A stretch of 64,000 bases of DNA from Nitrosopumilus sp. (GCA_965205215.1 OZ242041.1:1536001-1600000); one strand, 5' to 3'. Shown: positions 19,189 to 30,791, counted from the first letter of the stretch. The notes: a model not told the origin generated them from the sequence alone. A program made the numbers and translations.

Positions 19189-21330
19189 TTATTTTGCAGG
19201 CCGTGCCGCGAGCACCCTTTTTTTGTCAGGCCTGATCTTGCCTGCCGCCTCGACCAAGTCCTTCTGGGTGATCTTGATCTCCTCGAGGCCCCCATGCTTG
19301 CCGCTGACGTACCTCTTCAATGCGGCAGTTGCCGCAGCGTTGGCCACTGCCGCAATCTCTGCGCCGCTAAAGCCGTCCGTCAGTTCCACCAGCTCCGGCA
19401 TGCTGACGTCGCCTGCAAGCGGTCTCTTTTTTGTGTGGATCTTGAGGATCTGCTCCCTTCCCTTGGGATCTGGATGAGGCACCTCTATGACGCGATCAAA
19501 CCTTCCGGGCCTCAGCAGGGCCTCGTCTACGATGTCCAGCCTGTTCGTGGCGCCGATTATCAGCACGTCGTGCAGCTCCTCAAGCCCGTCAATCTCAGTC
19601 AGGATCTGGGACACCACGCTCTCGGTTACATGCGAGTCGGAGCCGGAACTGCCCCGCCGCGGGACCAGCGCGTCCACCTCATCAAGGAATATTATGCACG
19701 GGGCGGCCTGCCGGGCTTTTCTGAATATCTCCCTTACGCCCTTTTCAGACTCACCTACCCACTTTGAGAGCAGTTCCGGCCCCTTGATGCTGATAAAGTT
19801 GGAGTCAGTCGTCTTTGCCAGCGCCTTGGCAATCAGGGTCTTGCCGGTCCCCGGGGGGCCGTGCAGGAGGATCCCCTTTGGCGCCTCGACACCCGCGTAG
19901 TCGTAGGCCTCCCTGTGCTTGACCGGCCACTCCACGGCCTGGCGCAGCTCCTCCTTGAGATCCCCGAGGCCCCCCACGTCGTCCCACTCCACGTCAGGGA
20001 CCTGGACCTGGACCTCGCGCAGCGCGCTTGGCCTTACCTCCTTTAGCGCGCTCCCAAAGTCCTCCTCGGTGATCTGGATCTTTTGCAGCAGTGCCGGGGG
20101 GATCTTTTCCTGGTCAAGGTCAATCTCGGGCAGGACCCTCCGCAGGGACCTCATTGCGGCCTCCTTTGAGAGGACCTCGAGGTCCGCCCCGACAAAGCCG
20201 TGCGTGATCTTTGAGATCCTCTTCAAGTCCACCTTCTCGTCTATCGGCATTCCGCGCGTGTGGATTGAGAGGATCTCAAGCCGCCCGTCGTCGTCGGGAA
20301 TTCCGATCTCGATCTCCCTGTCAAGCCGCCCGGGCCTCCTCAGGGCCGGATCAATCGAGTCGGGCCTGTTCGTGGCTGCGATGACCACCACCTTGCCCCT
20401 GCTCTCCATCCCGTCCATCAGGGTCAGGAGCTGGGAGACGATCCTTTTTTCCACCTCCCCCGACACCTCGTCGCGCTTTGGCGCAATGGAGTCGATCTCG
20501 TCAATGAATACTATGCTCGGCGAGTTCTCTTCTGCCTGCTTGAATATCTCCCGGATCCTCTCCTCGCTCTCCCCGTAGTACTTGCCCATGATTTCGGGCC
20601 CGCTCAACGAGATGAAGTGGGCGTTGGTCTCCCCTGCCACCGCCTTTGCCAGCAGCGTCTTGCCGGTCCCGGGCGGGCCGTACAGGAGAACGCCCTTCGG
20701 GGCCTCTACGCCTATCTTCTCAAACAGTTCGGGGTGTCTCATCGGCAGCTCGACCATCTCGCGGATCTTCTGAACCTCGCCCCTGAGCCCGCCCAGCTCG
20801 TCGTAGGTAATCCTGGAGACCGTGGCGTCCACCGCCTTGGTCATGGAACCCAGCCTGAAAGAGGTGCCCTCCGTGACGATCACGGGTTTTGCAGGCTTTG
20901 TGCTCGTGACGACAAACTGGACCCTCCCGCCCAGCTGCGTGCCAAGGGTGATAGTGTCGCCGGTCGTAAAGACGTGGTTGAGGTAGTTGTATGTCATGTA
21001 GTCTTCCAGCCCCTCCGCGCGGACCTTTTCAGTCGGCGACAATACGATCTGCTCGGCGTCCGCGGCCTCCACGGGCCTTATCGAGATCCTGTCCCCTATT
21101 CCGGCCCCGATGTTCTGCCTGGTAACCCCGTCAATTCTGATCAGCCCGGCCCCGTACTCTTCGGGGGGGCCCGGCCACAGCCTCACGTGGGTCTTCTTGT
21201 TGTAGGACAGTTCCAGGATCTGCCCGGTACCCCAGTCTGTGTCCTCGAGTACCTTGGGATCGACGATTGCCTTGCCCCCGCCGACATACTGCTGCGGGAT
21301 TTCGTCGACCTTCAGGACGATCTCGTTCAT
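19189..21330 (-). CDS. cdc48: CDC48/VCP-family AAA+ ATPase
   Basis: Two Walker A motifs [16 protein letters not shown] Walker B, RPGRLDR/RPGRFDR SRH; N-domain. Confidence 0.97.
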   Translation of the reverse strand: MNEIVLKVDEIPQQYVGGGKAIVDPKVLEDTDWGTGQILELSYNKKTHVRLWPGPPEEYGAGLIRIDGVTRQNIGAGIGDRISIRPVEAADAEQIVLSPTEKVRAEGLEDYMTYNYLNHVFTTGDTITLGTQLGGRVQFVVTSTKPAKPVIVTEGTSFRLGSMTKAVDATVSRITYDELGGLRGEVQKIREMVELPMRHPELFEKIGVEAPKGVLLYGPPGTGKTLLAKAVAGETNAHFISLSGPEIMGKYYGESEERIREIFKQAEENSPSIVFIDEIDSIAPKRDEVSGEVEKRIVSQLLTLMDGMESRGKVVVIAATNRPDSIDPALRRPGRLDREIEIGIPDDDGRLEILSIHTRGMPIDEKVDLKRISKITHGFVGADLEVLSKEAAMRSLRRVLPEIDLDQEKIPPALLQKIQITEEDFGSALKEVRPSALREVQVQVPDVEWDDVGGLGDLKEELRQAVEWPVKHREAYDYAGVEAPKGILLHGPPGTGKTLIAKALAKTTDSNFISIKGPELLSKWVGESEKGVREIFRKARQAAPCIIFLDEVDALVPRRGSSGSDSHVTESVVSQILTEIDGLEELHDVLIIGATNRLDIVDEALLRPGRFDRVIEVPHPDPKGREQILKIHTKKRPLAGDVSMPELVELTDGFSGAEIAAVANAAATAALKRYVSGKHGGLEEIKITQKDLVEAAGKIRPDKKRVLAARPAK

Positions 21331-21663
21331 GGTATCCCCCCAATAGTTTTGGGCGGTCCAGCTTCTGCCGTCCCGAGGATGCCGTTCTTGCAGGAAGATC
21401 CTGCAAAGATTCCGCCGGGCGCGCATCTGAAGATTCCCTCAAACCCATAATCTAGGAACGTTGTCATATTTCTCAATATTATGTAATATACATGACATAA
21501 TATAAGTATTATTACAGACGGCGGCGTGGAGGGGTCTAAGGACAGGTCACTTTCCGCCCTTTCACATCCTCCGGGCCCCACGTGCGCAAGGCTTGCTTAT
21601 GCCTGAATAAAACAGAGGGCACTGATTTCGAGCGGATCCTATGCGTAGCAGCGACAGGGGCGG

Positions 21664-23856
21664 TTATTCCTTGTCGATGAACTCGTCGGCCCTGGGCGGT
21701 TCCGGCGAGAGTCCCTTGCGCTTTCTAATCTCCGATATGGTGCTGGCAAGCATGGACTTTGGCACCTCGCTCCATTCCTTGAACGACGTGTTCCACGTGG
21801 CCCTGCCGGCAGTCTGCCCCCTCATCTCCTCGGACAGTGTAAACGTCTCGGAGGCGGGTATCTCGCCGGTCACTATGCTTGACGCGCCCATCTGCGACAT
21901 GTCGAGCACCTTGCCGCGCTTGCCGGACAGGACGGTCGCGACGTTCCCGACCAAGTCGGTCGGGACGCGCACCTCTATTGCAAGCATCGGCTCCAGTATG
22001 GCGGTGCCGGCAGTCAGCAGGGCTCCCATGCACGCGCGCCGCGACGCGGGCCCCAGCTGCGAGAGCCCGCGGTGCGCCGTATCCTCGTGCGGCACAAAGT
22101 GCGTAAACGTGAACTTGCAGTCGCGCATCTGCTCCCTGCACAGAGGCCCCTCCTTCATCACCTCGTCAAACCCGGAGTTTATGGAGTCAGTCGACTCCTG
22201 GACGAACTGCACGCCCTTGGTGCCGTTTATCAGCACGTTTCCGCGCGAGTCGAGCCTCATCACCCTCTTTATGGTGTCCGTGTCCCAGCCGGCCCCCTTT
22301 AGCAGGTCAGATACTGTCTTCTTGTCCTTCATCTCGCTGATCTCGCCCGTGCGGAGCATCTCGGCAATCTCGGGCTCCAGCGGCTCGACCCTCATGAAGA
22401 TCTTGTTGTGCCGGTTGGGGGACTTTGCCATGACGGCCTCGCAGGACGAGCGCACGGTCTCTCGGTAGTTTATCAGCGGCTCGGACGTGACGATCTCGAG
22501 CTTTGCGTCCTGTATGCGGTGCGTCGCGACGTCGAGGTGCAGCACCCCCATCCCCGCGACTATGGTCTCGCCGCTCTCCTCGTCTATCTTCACCACGAGG
22601 TTCGGATCCTCTATGGTAAGCTGCTTTAGTATGTCGACCAGCTTTGGCAGGTCCTTTGGGTGCTTTGGCTCTATCGCCACCTGGACGACGGGTTCGGAGA
22701 CGTACTTTACCCCCTCAAACACGGGCATCTCCTTGACCGCGGACACGGTGTTCCCGGCCCTGGCCTCCGTGAGCCCGAGCAGCGCGGGTATGTTCCCGGC
22801 ACCCAGCTCGCCGACCTGCTCGCGCTGGTTTCCCATGAAGAAGTTGACAGACTGGATACGCCCCTCGCGCTTTTCGTCTATTATGTGGATGGTCTGGCCG
22901 TCCCTGACGGTACCGGAGAACAGCCTGCCGATGGCGACCGGTCCGGCGGCCGGGTCGAGCACCATGTTTACGACCATCATTATTGTGGGCCCGTCGTCGC
23001 TGCACGCCAGCAGCGCCTTGCCGACGTCCGAGTCGAGCTCGCCCTTCCATATCTGGGGTATCCTGTACTTTACTGCCTCGTGCGGCGGGGGGTGGTGCTT
23101 TACCACCATGCCGAGTACTGCGTCGGCAAGGGGGGCCTTCTCCACCAGTTCCGGCACCTTCTCGCCCTCGTAGGCGTCGATGACGTCCTTGAAGGTGATT
23201 CCGCGCTCCTTCATCATGTCTATGTTGATGGCCCACCTGTCCTTTGCGGAGCCGAACGTGACGCTTGCATCCTGTATGGAGACCTTCCACTTCTCCTTGT
23301 ACTCGGGCTCCGCGTACGTGTCTATAAGCCGGTTAAAGTTGGACACCACGTCTGCGAGCTGCTGCTGCATCTTCTCGGGGGTGAGTCGGAGCTCCTTTAT
23401 CAGGCGGTCCACCTTGTTTATGAACAGGACGGGGCGCACCCGCTCCTCGAGGGCCATGCGCGTGACCGTCTCAGTCTGCGTCATTATGCCCTCGACCGCG
23501 TCGCATACAACCACCGCGCCGTCTATGGCGCGCAGGCTCCTGATCACCCTGCCGCTAAAGTCCACGTGCCCGGGGGTGTCTATCATGTTTATCACGTACT
23601 CCTTGCCGGCCTGCGAAAAGTGCAGCGTGACGTTTGCCTGGTATATGGTGATTCCCCTCTGCTGCTCCTCCTTGTCAAAGTCCATGGCAAGCGCCTTTCC
23701 TGCAGCCGACGGGGCTATGATGCCGGAGTATGCAAGGAGGCTGTCGCTCATCGTCGTCTTGCCGTGGTCGACGTGGGCGATGACGCCAAAGTTGCGGATC
23801 TGCTCCTTGTTCTTGATTATCTTGAGGACCTCGCCGGTCGACTTGAACTTTACCAT
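21664..23856 (-). CDS. fusA: Translation elongation factor EF-2
   Basis: AHVDHGKTT, RGITI, DTPGHVDF, NKVD; diphthamide loop HEDTAHRG. Confidence 0.98.
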   Translation of the reverse strand: MVKFKSTGEVLKIIKNKEQIRNFGVIAHVDHGKTTMSDSLLAYSGIIAPSAAGKALAMDFDKEEQQRGITIYQANVTLHFSQAGKEYVINMIDTPGHVDFSGRVIRSLRAIDGAVVVCDAVEGIMTQTETVTRMALEERVRPVLFINKVDRLIKELRLTPEKMQQQLADVVSNFNRLIDTYAEPEYKEKWKVSIQDASVTFGSAKDRWAINIDMMKERGITFKDVIDAYEGEKVPELVEKAPLADAVLGMVVKHHPPPHEAVKYRIPQIWKGELDSDVGKALLACSDDGPTIMMVVNMVLDPAAGPVAIGRLFSGTVRDGQTIHIIDEKREGRIQSVNFFMGNQREQVGELGAGNIPALLGLTEARAGNTVSAVKEMPVFEGVKYVSEPVVQVAIEPKHPKDLPKLVDILKQLTIEDPNLVVKIDEESGETIVAGMGVLHLDVATHRIQDAKLEIVTSEPLINYRETVRSSCEAVMAKSPNRHNKIFMRVEPLEPEIAEMLRTGEISEMKDKKTVSDLLKGAGWDTDTIKRVMRLDSRGNVLINGTKGVQFVQESTDSINSGFDEVMKEGPLCREQMRDCKFTFTHFVPHEDTAHRGLSQLGPASRRACMGALLTAGTAILEPMLAIEVRVPTDLVGNVATVLSGKRGKVLDMSQMGASSIVTGEIPASETFTLSEEMRGQTAGRATWNTSFKEWSEVPKSMLASTISEIRKRKGLSPEPPRADEFIDKE

Positions 23857-23932
23857 AGCCGGACGCTCTGAGATCATCTATTAAATCTTGGCTTGAAAGA
23901 CGAGCGCAGACGAGGGCGAGATCGCGGCGCCG

Positions 23933-24871
23933 TCAGTATATCGCCGCGTTGCTTGCCCCTCGCAGCCGCGCGGCGGATACGTAGTGGCACTCTGAAATGC
24001 CCGACTCGTCTGCAATCCTGAGCGTCAGCAGTTGTGACAAAAACGCATAGTACAGCACGCGCGAGGTGGCCGAATCCAAAGGAGAGGCGCAGAACGCATG
24101 CAGCCCCGCCTCCCCAAGCGAGCCGACCAGGTCCGATATGCGCCCCCGGGGCTCCTCGAATAACACGACGGTGTCACCCTCGTGCGCGGAGAAGACCTCC
24201 ATGTGGGAAAACTGTTCGGTGCGGGCGTACCTGGCGTCGTATCCGAGGACCTCGTAGAACTTTGCCGCCGCATACATTGCAAGCGGGTACGTCATCACGC
24301 CGCCCAGTATGTAGAGGGAGCCGCGAATCCTGATCCGGGCGGCGTCACGTTCCGCACGCTCAAACGTGGAGCGCGCGTGCCTCATGAGCGGCCGGAGCGC
24401 GCCCGGGTTCACAAGGGAGAGGCACGCAAGCACGCTTGACGTAAACGAGATGCTTCCGGCAGTGGACACGCCGGTGCGGGGAAAGTCAAGAGGAATGATG
24501 CGGCCTGTCGCGAGGGCGGCAAGCCGGCTGTCCGGGTTTGCGGTTACCGCTACCGCGTTGCGACACGCGCTGGCCGCCCTGACGTTGGCGGCAGTCTCGC
24601 CGGATACGGATATCAGGTACGGAACCTTGAGCTCAGGCGGCAAGGACGCAGGCCAAGATCCCCCTGCCAGGTCGCTTGGATCCGCCGCCTTTGAGCGCCA
24701 GCCCGAAAAATACTCGGCGAGCATCGCGGCCGCAAGCGAGTCGCCGCAGCCGGCAAATATTGCGCCGCTCAGGGCGCCGTTTGGGATGGGCCGTATCGGC
24801 GATGGATCATACTCCTGCACGTACGGCACCTGCATCCGGATCTCCTTCCTGTACGCGTCGATGCTGTCCAA
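23933..24871 (-). CDS. SIS-domain sugar isomerase-like protein
   Basis: FAGCGDS, ISVSGET, VTANPDSRLA, AAKFYE, EQFSHM; TTG start inferred. Confidence 0.85.
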   Translation of the reverse strand: MDSIDAYRKEIRMQVPYVQEYDPSPIRPIPNGALSGAIFAGCGDSLAAAMLAEYFSGWRSKAADPSDLAGGSWPASLPPELKVPYLISVSGETAANVRAASACRNAVAVTANPDSRLAALATGRIIPLDFPRTGVSTAGSISFTSSVLACLSLVNPGALRPLMRHARSTFERAERDAARIRIRGSLYILGGVMTYPLAMYAAAKFYEVLGYDARYARTEQFSHMEVFSAHEGDTVVLFEEPRGRISDLVGSLGEAGLHAFCASPLDSATSRVLYYAFLSQLLTLRIADESGISECHYVSAARLRGASNAAIY

Positions 24872-24998
24872 ACACTGCCCATGGCATGTGGCGCTATATA
24901 CGGGGCGCCCCGGTACCGGGGCGGCGGCGCCCGGGCGCGTCCGCGGCCAGAATGCCCCGGGATTTTGGTTTTTATTACGACATTGCACGCGCGATTCA

Positions 24999-25841
24999 TT
25001 GAGGTTAACTGTCGGACACACGCCGGACTCGGATGACGCGTTCATGTTTTACGGGATGCTGGAGGGCGGCGTTCCGTCGCCCGGGTTCAGCGTCGAGCAC
25101 GTGGTGGAGGACATAGAGGCGCTCAACAAGAGGGCCGCCTCGCCGCAGCTGGACGTGACTGCCGTCTCGGTCCACGCGTGCGCGTACATTCCGGGATACA
25201 CCATACTCAGAAGCGGCGGAAGCTTTGGGCTCGGGTACGGTCCAATAGTGACCGCCACGGACGGGACGGGCCTGGACGGCCTCAGGGGCGCCAAGATCGC
25301 CATACCCGGCAGGATGACGTCGGCGTTCCTCCTGCTGCAGCTTGCCATAGGGGAGTTCGAGTACGTGGAGACCGAGTTTTCCCGCGTTCCGGAAATGGTC
25401 AGGTCGGGCAGGGCCGACGCCGGCCTCGTCATACACGAGACCCAGCTGTCGTACGAGGACGAGGGCCTCGCAAAGGTGGCGGACCTCGGCAAGTGGTGGG
25501 ACGAGGCCACGGGCGGGCTGCCGGTGCCGCTCGGGGTCAACGTAATGCGCACGGACATCGGGACTGAAACCATTGCAAAGTTTGACAGGTACCTGCACGA
25601 CTCGATACTCCACGGGAAGGAGAACGAGGAGAAGGCCCTGCAGTACGCCATGAGGTACTCGAGGGGCAAGCCCAGGGACATGATCAAGGAGTTTGTCCGC
25701 ATGTACGTCAACGAGAAGACCGTAGACATGGGGGACGCGGGGGAGAAGGCGATCAACACGATGTTTGAGATGGCGTCGCAGAAGGGGCTGCTGCCAAAAC
25801 CGTTTAGGCCCAGCATAGCCCCGAAACTGCAGGCGGCATAA
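24999..25841 (+). CDS. mqnD: 1,4-dihydroxy-6-naphthoate synthase (MqnA/MqnD family)
   Basis: VGHTPDSDDAFMFY, DIEALN, GYGPIV, IAIPGRMTSA, LVIHE, PVPLG, MYVNE. Confidence 0.88.
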   Translation: MRLTVGHTPDSDDAFMFYGMLEGGVPSPGFSVEHVVEDIEALNKRAASPQLDVTAVSVHACAYIPGYTILRSGGSFGLGYGPIVTATDGTGLDGLRGAKIAIPGRMTSAFLLLQLAIGEFEYVETEFSRVPEMVRSGRADAGLVIHETQLSYEDEGLAKVADLGKWWDEATGGLPVPLGVNVMRTDIGTETIAKFDRYLHDSILHGKENEEKALQYAMRYSRGKPRDMIKEFVRMYVNEKTVDMGDAGEKAINTMFEMASQKGLLPKPFRPSIAPKLQAA

Positions 25842-25960
25842 AGGACAGAGTCCGGAGCCGGCGCACACGGCAGGCGAGCTCGGCGGCAAGGAGGGGCAAC
25901 GCCGCTACACACGCCGGCAACCAGGCTAACATTATATTTCCAAGACTGCACATACACATC

Positions 25961-26227
25961 ATGGCATGGCTTGTCGACAAGAGGATACTTGCAGGGGGCG
26001 TGGCCATGCTCGCGGTCGGAGTCGCGCTATCCGCCCTGTTCAGCTCGTCGATGCCGGCAGGGCAGTCCGGGATGACGGAGGAGGAGACGCTGGATCTCCT
26101 GATTGCGCAGCAGGAGCTGCAGGACTATAGCATACTGTCCGGAATACTGATTGCAGTTGGATTCATGCTGGTGCTCATAAGCTTCGGAGCCATCAAGAGG
26201 AGAAAAAAGGGAAGCAAGGTACAGTGA
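25961..26227 (+). CDS. Small two-TM hypothetical protein
   Basis: Two hydrophobic helices and a basic C-terminal tail. Confidence 0.75.
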   Translation: MAWLVDKRILAGGVAMLAVGVALSALFSSSMPAGQSGMTEEETLDLLIAQQELQDYSILSGILIAVGFMLVLISFGAIKRRKKGSKVQ

Positions 26228-26290
26228 GGCGCCTGGCGGCAGTTCCGGCACGCGCGCCATCTTTTAATCACCCCGCCGCGCAGGAGCCGT

Positions 26291-26608
26291 GTGATCCATG
26301 CAGAGGTCAGCGTGTACCCGATGGCCACCAAGACCACCAGCGCCAGCTTTTACATTGCAAGGGCCATAGAGTCCATACAGGGCATTGAGGGCATCAAGTA
26401 CCAGCTCAACCCGATGGGAACCGTGCTAGAGTCCACCGATATGAGTAAGATATACGAGGCAGTCGTGCGCATGACAGAGACCGTCCACAACCTGGGCGTC
26501 GGCAGGGTCGGCGTCGTGATAAAGGTGGACTCGAGGCGCGACCGCGACACCACAATGAGCCAGAAGATCGAGTCGGTCAAAAGGCACATGTCGGCTCCCC
26601 CCGAGTAG
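26291..26608 (+). CDS. MTH1187/YkoF-family thiamine-binding protein
   Basis: AEVSVYPM, YQLNPMGTVLE, IKVDSRRD. Confidence 0.9.
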   Translation: MIHAEVSVYPMATKTTSASFYIARAIESIQGIEGIKYQLNPMGTVLESTDMSKIYEAVVRMTETVHNLGVGRVGVVIKVDSRRDRDTTMSQKIESVKRHMSAPPE

Positions 26609-26687
26609 AGCCGGCGGAACGCGTGTCCGCAAAAGAGACCGCAGGCGACCACGGTGGCGGCGCGGCAAAGGCATCCCAGGTGAGATC

Positions 26688-27785
26688 TCAGAGCCTGCGT
26701 ATCGCCCCGAAGTGGGTGTTTCGCTGCACGGGGCTCCGCCCTATCTCCCGCGCCATCTCGGCCAGCTCGTCAAGCGACGAGGACGTAGGCCTGCCGGCCG
26801 CCCTGTATATCTCCTCGGAGAACGCGGTGCCGACCAGGTCGTTTCCGCCGTTGCACAAAGCGACCTGGGCGAGCTTTTTGCCGTACGCGACCCAGTACAC
26901 CGATATGTTGTCAAGGACCCCCGCAAGCATCAGCCTGGATATGGCGATTATTCGCATGTCGTACAGGGACGAGCACTCGTGCCGGACCAGTCCGTCCTGC
27001 TCCAGCTCCGTGTTCTCCAGGCTGAACTTTAGTGGTATGAGGGTCAGAAATCCGCCCGTCTTTTTCTGAAGGTCGCGTATCTTCACCAGGTGGTCTATCA
27101 CGTGCTCCGGCCTCTCGATGTGGCCGTACAGCATAGTAACGTTGCTCTTGATGCCCATCCCGTGCGCCTGCTCGATCACGTCGAGCCACTCCTGCCCGGT
27201 GCACTTGCCGCGCACTATCTTGCGCCGCACGTCGGGATGAAACAGCTCGGCGCCCCCGCCCGGCATCGAGTCAAGCCCCGCGCCTTTCAGCCGGGAGAGG
27301 ATCTCGCCAGTCGAGTTCTTTGTGAGCTTTGAGAGGTAAAAAATCTCGGCCGCGGTGAGCGCCTTTACGTTCATCTCCGGGTGCTTTTCTTTTATGGTTC
27401 TGATCATGTCCTCGTAATACTCAAGCGGCAGGCTGGGATGAAACCCGCCCACTATGTGCACCTCAGTTGCGCCCATCTGCTTTGCAATGCCGACGCGCTT
27501 TTCAATCTCCCCGGGGGCAAGCGTGTACGCGTCGTCGGCGCCGTCCTTGCGGTAGAACGCGCACATCTGGCAGCTGGCGGCGCACACGTTGGTGTAGTTC
27601 ATGTAGTATGATGCGACGAACGAGACGTCGTCCCCGGCAAGCTGCCTCCTTGCAGAGTCCGCCGCCGCCCCTAGCGCGTGTATGTTTTCCATGTTCAGCA
27701 AGTCCATGCCGTCCTTGGCCGAGAGTTCCTCGCCGGACATTGCGCGCCCCAGAGCGTCGGGACAGTCCACAAGCTGCTGAGGCAT
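26688..27785 (-). CDS. mqnE: Radical SAM protein of the CofH/MqnC/MqnE family, most like aminofutalosine synthase
   Basis: NYTNVCAASCQMCAF, EVHIVGG, SMPGGGAELF, SNVTMLYGHIE; near mqnD. Confidence 0.8.
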   Translation of the reverse strand: MPQQLVDCPDALGRAMSGEELSAKDGMDLLNMENIHALGAAADSARRQLAGDDVSFVASYYMNYTNVCAASCQMCAFYRKDGADDAYTLAPGEIEKRVGIAKQMGATEVHIVGGFHPSLPLEYYEDMIRTIKEKHPEMNVKALTAAEIFYLSKLTKNSTGEILSRLKGAGLDSMPGGGAELFHPDVRRKIVRGKCTGQEWLDVIEQAHGMGIKSNVTMLYGHIERPEHVIDHLVKIRDLQKKTGGFLTLIPLKFSLENTELEQDGLVRHECSSLYDMRIIAISRLMLAGVLDNISVYWVAYGKKLAQVALCNGGNDLVGTAFSEEIYRAAGRPTSSSLDELAEMAREIGRSPVQRNTHFGAIRRL

Positions 27786-28029
27786 GCGCGCCCAAGCCCC
27801 GTGTGGAATATATGCCTTGATAGGCGTGGATTCCCGCGCAAAGTCGCGTGTCGGAGGCCGGTATGATGCCCTGGCCTCGGTTGCAGTGCCCAAACGCGGC
27901 GCTGCCAGCTCTTGCAGCATAGTCGCAGGCGCACGGACACGCAGGGGTCCGGTACGGGCCGCGTCCGGGGCGGGGGGGACGGCCACACCTTGCAAAAGAG
28001 ATAATTGAAGACCATGGCTGTTCCCGCAT

Positions 28030-28206
28030 ATGGTGCTTCCAATCGTAGACGAGGCCAAGCCAAAGTGCCACGCGTGCCACGAGGGGTTCGACGACATAGA
28101 CGGCCTCAGGGAGCACCAGCTCCGGGCGCACAAAGAAGAGTACGAGAGGGATGATCAGGCCTCAAGCAAGAGGGGTCCCGCTCCGGGCGACGTTTCGGTG
28201 TTCTAG
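28030..28206 (+). CDS. Small C2H2 zinc-finger protein (58 aa)
   Basis: Below the ORF-track cut-off; MVLPIVDEAKPKCHACHEGFDDIDGLREHQLRAH...GDVSVF (Cx2Cx12Hx4H). Confidence 0.85.
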   Translation: MVLPIVDEAKPKCHACHEGFDDIDGLREHQLRAHKEEYERDDQASSKRGPAPGDVSVF

Positions 28207-28305
28207 AAGGGCGCAAGGGCTCATCCCAGATGCGGGGCGCGCGACGGGAGGTAGAGGGAATGACGTGCCGCGGCCAATGCAGTGGCAGCAGGCCCGTGCC
28301 ACCCG

Positions 28306-28800
28306 TCACGGTGCGCCGTGCGGATCTGTCTTTTCTTCGAGCATCTTCATGGCCATGTCGCGGGATATGCGGGCGAGTTCCAGCTCGGGGTCTCCGCCCA
28401 GAGCATCATCAAAGTGCCTTATTGCATCCTCCAGCTCGCCCAGCTCGGCAAGCGACAGGCCCTTGTAGAGGAGGGCGAGCGTGGACGCTTTGCCGCCGCG
28501 CAGCAGGAGGTCGTAGCACGCGATCGCGTCCCTGTAGTCCCCTTCGGCATGCAGGGCAGAGCCCTTGTTGAGCAGGGCGTCGGGGTTGCCGGGCTCGGCG
28601 CGCAGCGCCTTGTCATAGCATGCGACCGCACGCCTCATGTGGCCCAGGTTCTGAAGGACTGCCCCCTTGTTTAGCAGCGCGCCGACGTTGCGGGGATCCT
28701 GCTTTAACAGCTCGTCAAGCAGCTGCATTGCGCCATAGAGATCCTCATCCTCTATCAGATACGAGGCGTCACGGATCAGTTTCTCCGCGGCCGAATCCAT
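28306..28800 (-). CDS. Tetratricopeptide repeat protein
   Basis: Repeated ALLNKG...A..CYD.AL units. Confidence 0.9.
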   Translation of the reverse strand: MDSAAEKLIRDASYLIEDEDLYGAMQLLDELLKQDPRNVGALLNKGAVLQNLGHMRRAVACYDKALRAEPGNPDALLNKGSALHAEGDYRDAIACYDLLLRGGKASTLALLYKGLSLAELGELEDAIRHFDDALGGDPELELARISRDMAMKMLEEKTDPHGAP

Positions 28801-28883
28801 GCCGTACGTTGCAGAGTATTGAATATACGAGCTTTGATCGCGCGCCCCGGCGACGAGAGGGAAAAGGCAGGTGCGCGCATAAA

Positions 28884-29117
28884 TCAAGAAGAGTCGCGGT
28901 CACGCGGATCTATCCGGAGCGACCGCTCAAAGTATTCCACCGACTCGGTGTACCTGCCGAGGCTCCGGAGGGCCACACCGGCGCGGTTCCACAGGTCCGG
29001 GTCCCCGCCGTCCAGTTTTAGGGCCTCCTCAAACAGGGCCAACGCCTCCTCAAACCTGCCCTCCTGCATGAGCGAATCGCCCCTCGCAACGAGGCCGTCC
29101 TTTGCAGTCCCAGCCAT
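28884..29117 (-). CDS. Small TPR protein
   Basis: GRFEEALALFEEALKLD, LWNRAGVALRSLGRYTESVEYFERSL. Confidence 0.85.
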   Translation of the reverse strand: MAGTAKDGLVARGDSLMQEGRFEEALALFEEALKLDGGDPDLWNRAGVALRSLGRYTESVEYFERSLRIDPRDRDSS

Positions 29118-29375
29118 GTGTATGAGACGGCGCGCGCATTAAAAACCGTTTAACGGGACAGAGGGACGCGCATGCGCGCGGCATGGCGGCCCTCGACGCG
29201 GCTGCCCCGGTCATGGGCGCGCCCAAAGATGCAGGAGGCATGGTGCCAAGGCCGCGATGCCGCCGGCTCCTGTCAGGTGGCGCCCACGGAAGGAGAGCGG
29301 TGCCCCCGCGCAGGTGCTTGCGCGCCGAGAAGCCACTCCAAATAAGATTATAAGTAATTCCCGCCCATTCTGTTT

Positions 29376-29861
29376 GTGACCAAACCCATAGAACCCCCAG
29401 AAGAGGCGCGACAGCACGAAAGATACGACCACAAGGACGAGCTTATAATGAAGAACCTCATGAGCGACGCCAGGCGCTCCGCGCGCCAACTGTCCCTCGC
29501 GGTAGGGCTGTCGACCGTAACGGTACTGAGCAGAATAAAGCGGCTTGAGAAGACGGGAGTCATACAGGGATACCACGCCAGCATCAACCACGAAAAGGTC
29601 GGATACGGGCTGACTGCAATCATAGAGGTTGTTGCAGAAAAGAACAAGATCAGTCACATCGAGGGGTCGATATCCAAGTATGAAAACGTCTGCGCCGTGT
29701 ACGACATGACGGGCGCAACGGACATGCTCATAATTGCAAAATTCAGGTCGAGGCAGGAACTGAGCGCGTTTGTCAAGGGACTGGGGGACATAACGCACGT
29801 GAAGAATACGATAACCCACGTGGTACTGAACACGGTAAAAGAAGACTTTAGGCTGATGTGA
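29376..29861 (+). CDS. Lrp/AsnC transcriptional regulator
   Basis: DARRSARQLS...TVLSRIKRLEKTGVIQGY HTH; YDMTGATD ligand domain. Confidence 0.93.
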   Translation: MTKPIEPPEEARQHERYDHKDELIMKNLMSDARRSARQLSLAVGLSTVTVLSRIKRLEKTGVIQGYHASINHEKVGYGLTAIIEVVAEKNKISHIEGSISKYENVCAVYDMTGATDMLIIAKFRSRQELSAFVKGLGDITHVKNTITHVVLNTVKEDFRLM

Positions 29862-29888
29862 ATGGCATAAATAATCACAGAGCGTATT

Positions 29889-30620
29889 TTGCCCGTGTCA
29901 TACTGGATTTTCGCGCACGCCGGGCTTGCGGCGGGGGTCCTGGCGTTGGCCGTGGCGGCGTCCGCAGCGGCGACTGCAGAGGCGACTGCAGCGGAGACGC
30001 TGCCGGCACCGACGGGGGAGATGGAAGCGTCGCTTGTTCACGCCGTTGTACTGGCGCCGCCCCCGCTGCAGCAGCACGCATACGCGCAGGAGCCGGGGCT
30101 CAACATGGAGCTGGAGGTGTCAGACGAGGAGACCGTTGCGGTGCTTGTGGGGTTTGCCGCCGCGGTGATCGGGATCTTTTTGTTCCTTGCAAGGGACACA
30201 ATCCTGCGAAGGAGAAACGACTACGACAACTCAGAGGAGTACGCCTCAAAAAAGGAGCGCACGTATGAAAAGTACCACTCGTCATGGACAGACGACTACG
30301 AGGAGGTGGGAACGAGGAGGAAGAAGGGCCGGCAGGATGCCGCAAGAGAGTTCTTCGAGGACGCAAGTGGCGGCCGGCTTCCCGACTATTACGGGATTCT
30401 GGGCGTCAGCCACGACGCGACCAAGCCCGAGATAAAGGAAGCGTTCAGGAGGCTTGCAAAGGAGGCACATCCGGACAGGGCCGGACAGGCGGGCGGCAGA
30501 AAGGGCGGCGGCAGCGACGCGCCCGATCCCGACATTACAATGGCGGAGATCAACAAGGCGTACGAGGTGCTGTCCGACGACGATCTGAGAAAAGAGTACG
30601 ACACGCATATGGGCAGATAA
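29889..30620 (+). CDS. Membrane-anchored J-domain (DnaJ-like) protein; start uncertain
   Basis: DYYGILGV...[16 protein letters not shown]...[11 protein letters not shown]; TM segment upstream. Confidence 0.88.
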   Translation: MPVSYWIFAHAGLAAGVLALAVAASAAATAEATAAETLPAPTGEMEASLVHAVVLAPPPLQQHAYAQEPGLNMELEVSDEETVAVLVGFAAAVIGIFLFLARDTILRRRNDYDNSEEYASKKERTYEKYHSSWTDDYEEVGTRRKKGRQDAAREFFEDASGGRLPDYYGILGVSHDATKPEIKEAFRRLAKEAHPDRAGQAGGRKGGGSDAPDPDITMAEINKAYEVLSDDDLRKEYDTHMGR

Positions 30621-30791
30621 ACTAGCCGCCCTGCAGAAGGGAGGCGCATCCTCACGCCGTGCCCGGCCTGCAAGTGTACTGCCATTGCCAAGGAAAAAAG
30701 CAAGTCCGCGTCCGAAGAGTGCGACGCTTGGATGAAAAGAAGCTCCTACGGAGTGCACGACCGGCAAGCGCTGCGCACAGGGGATAACTTG

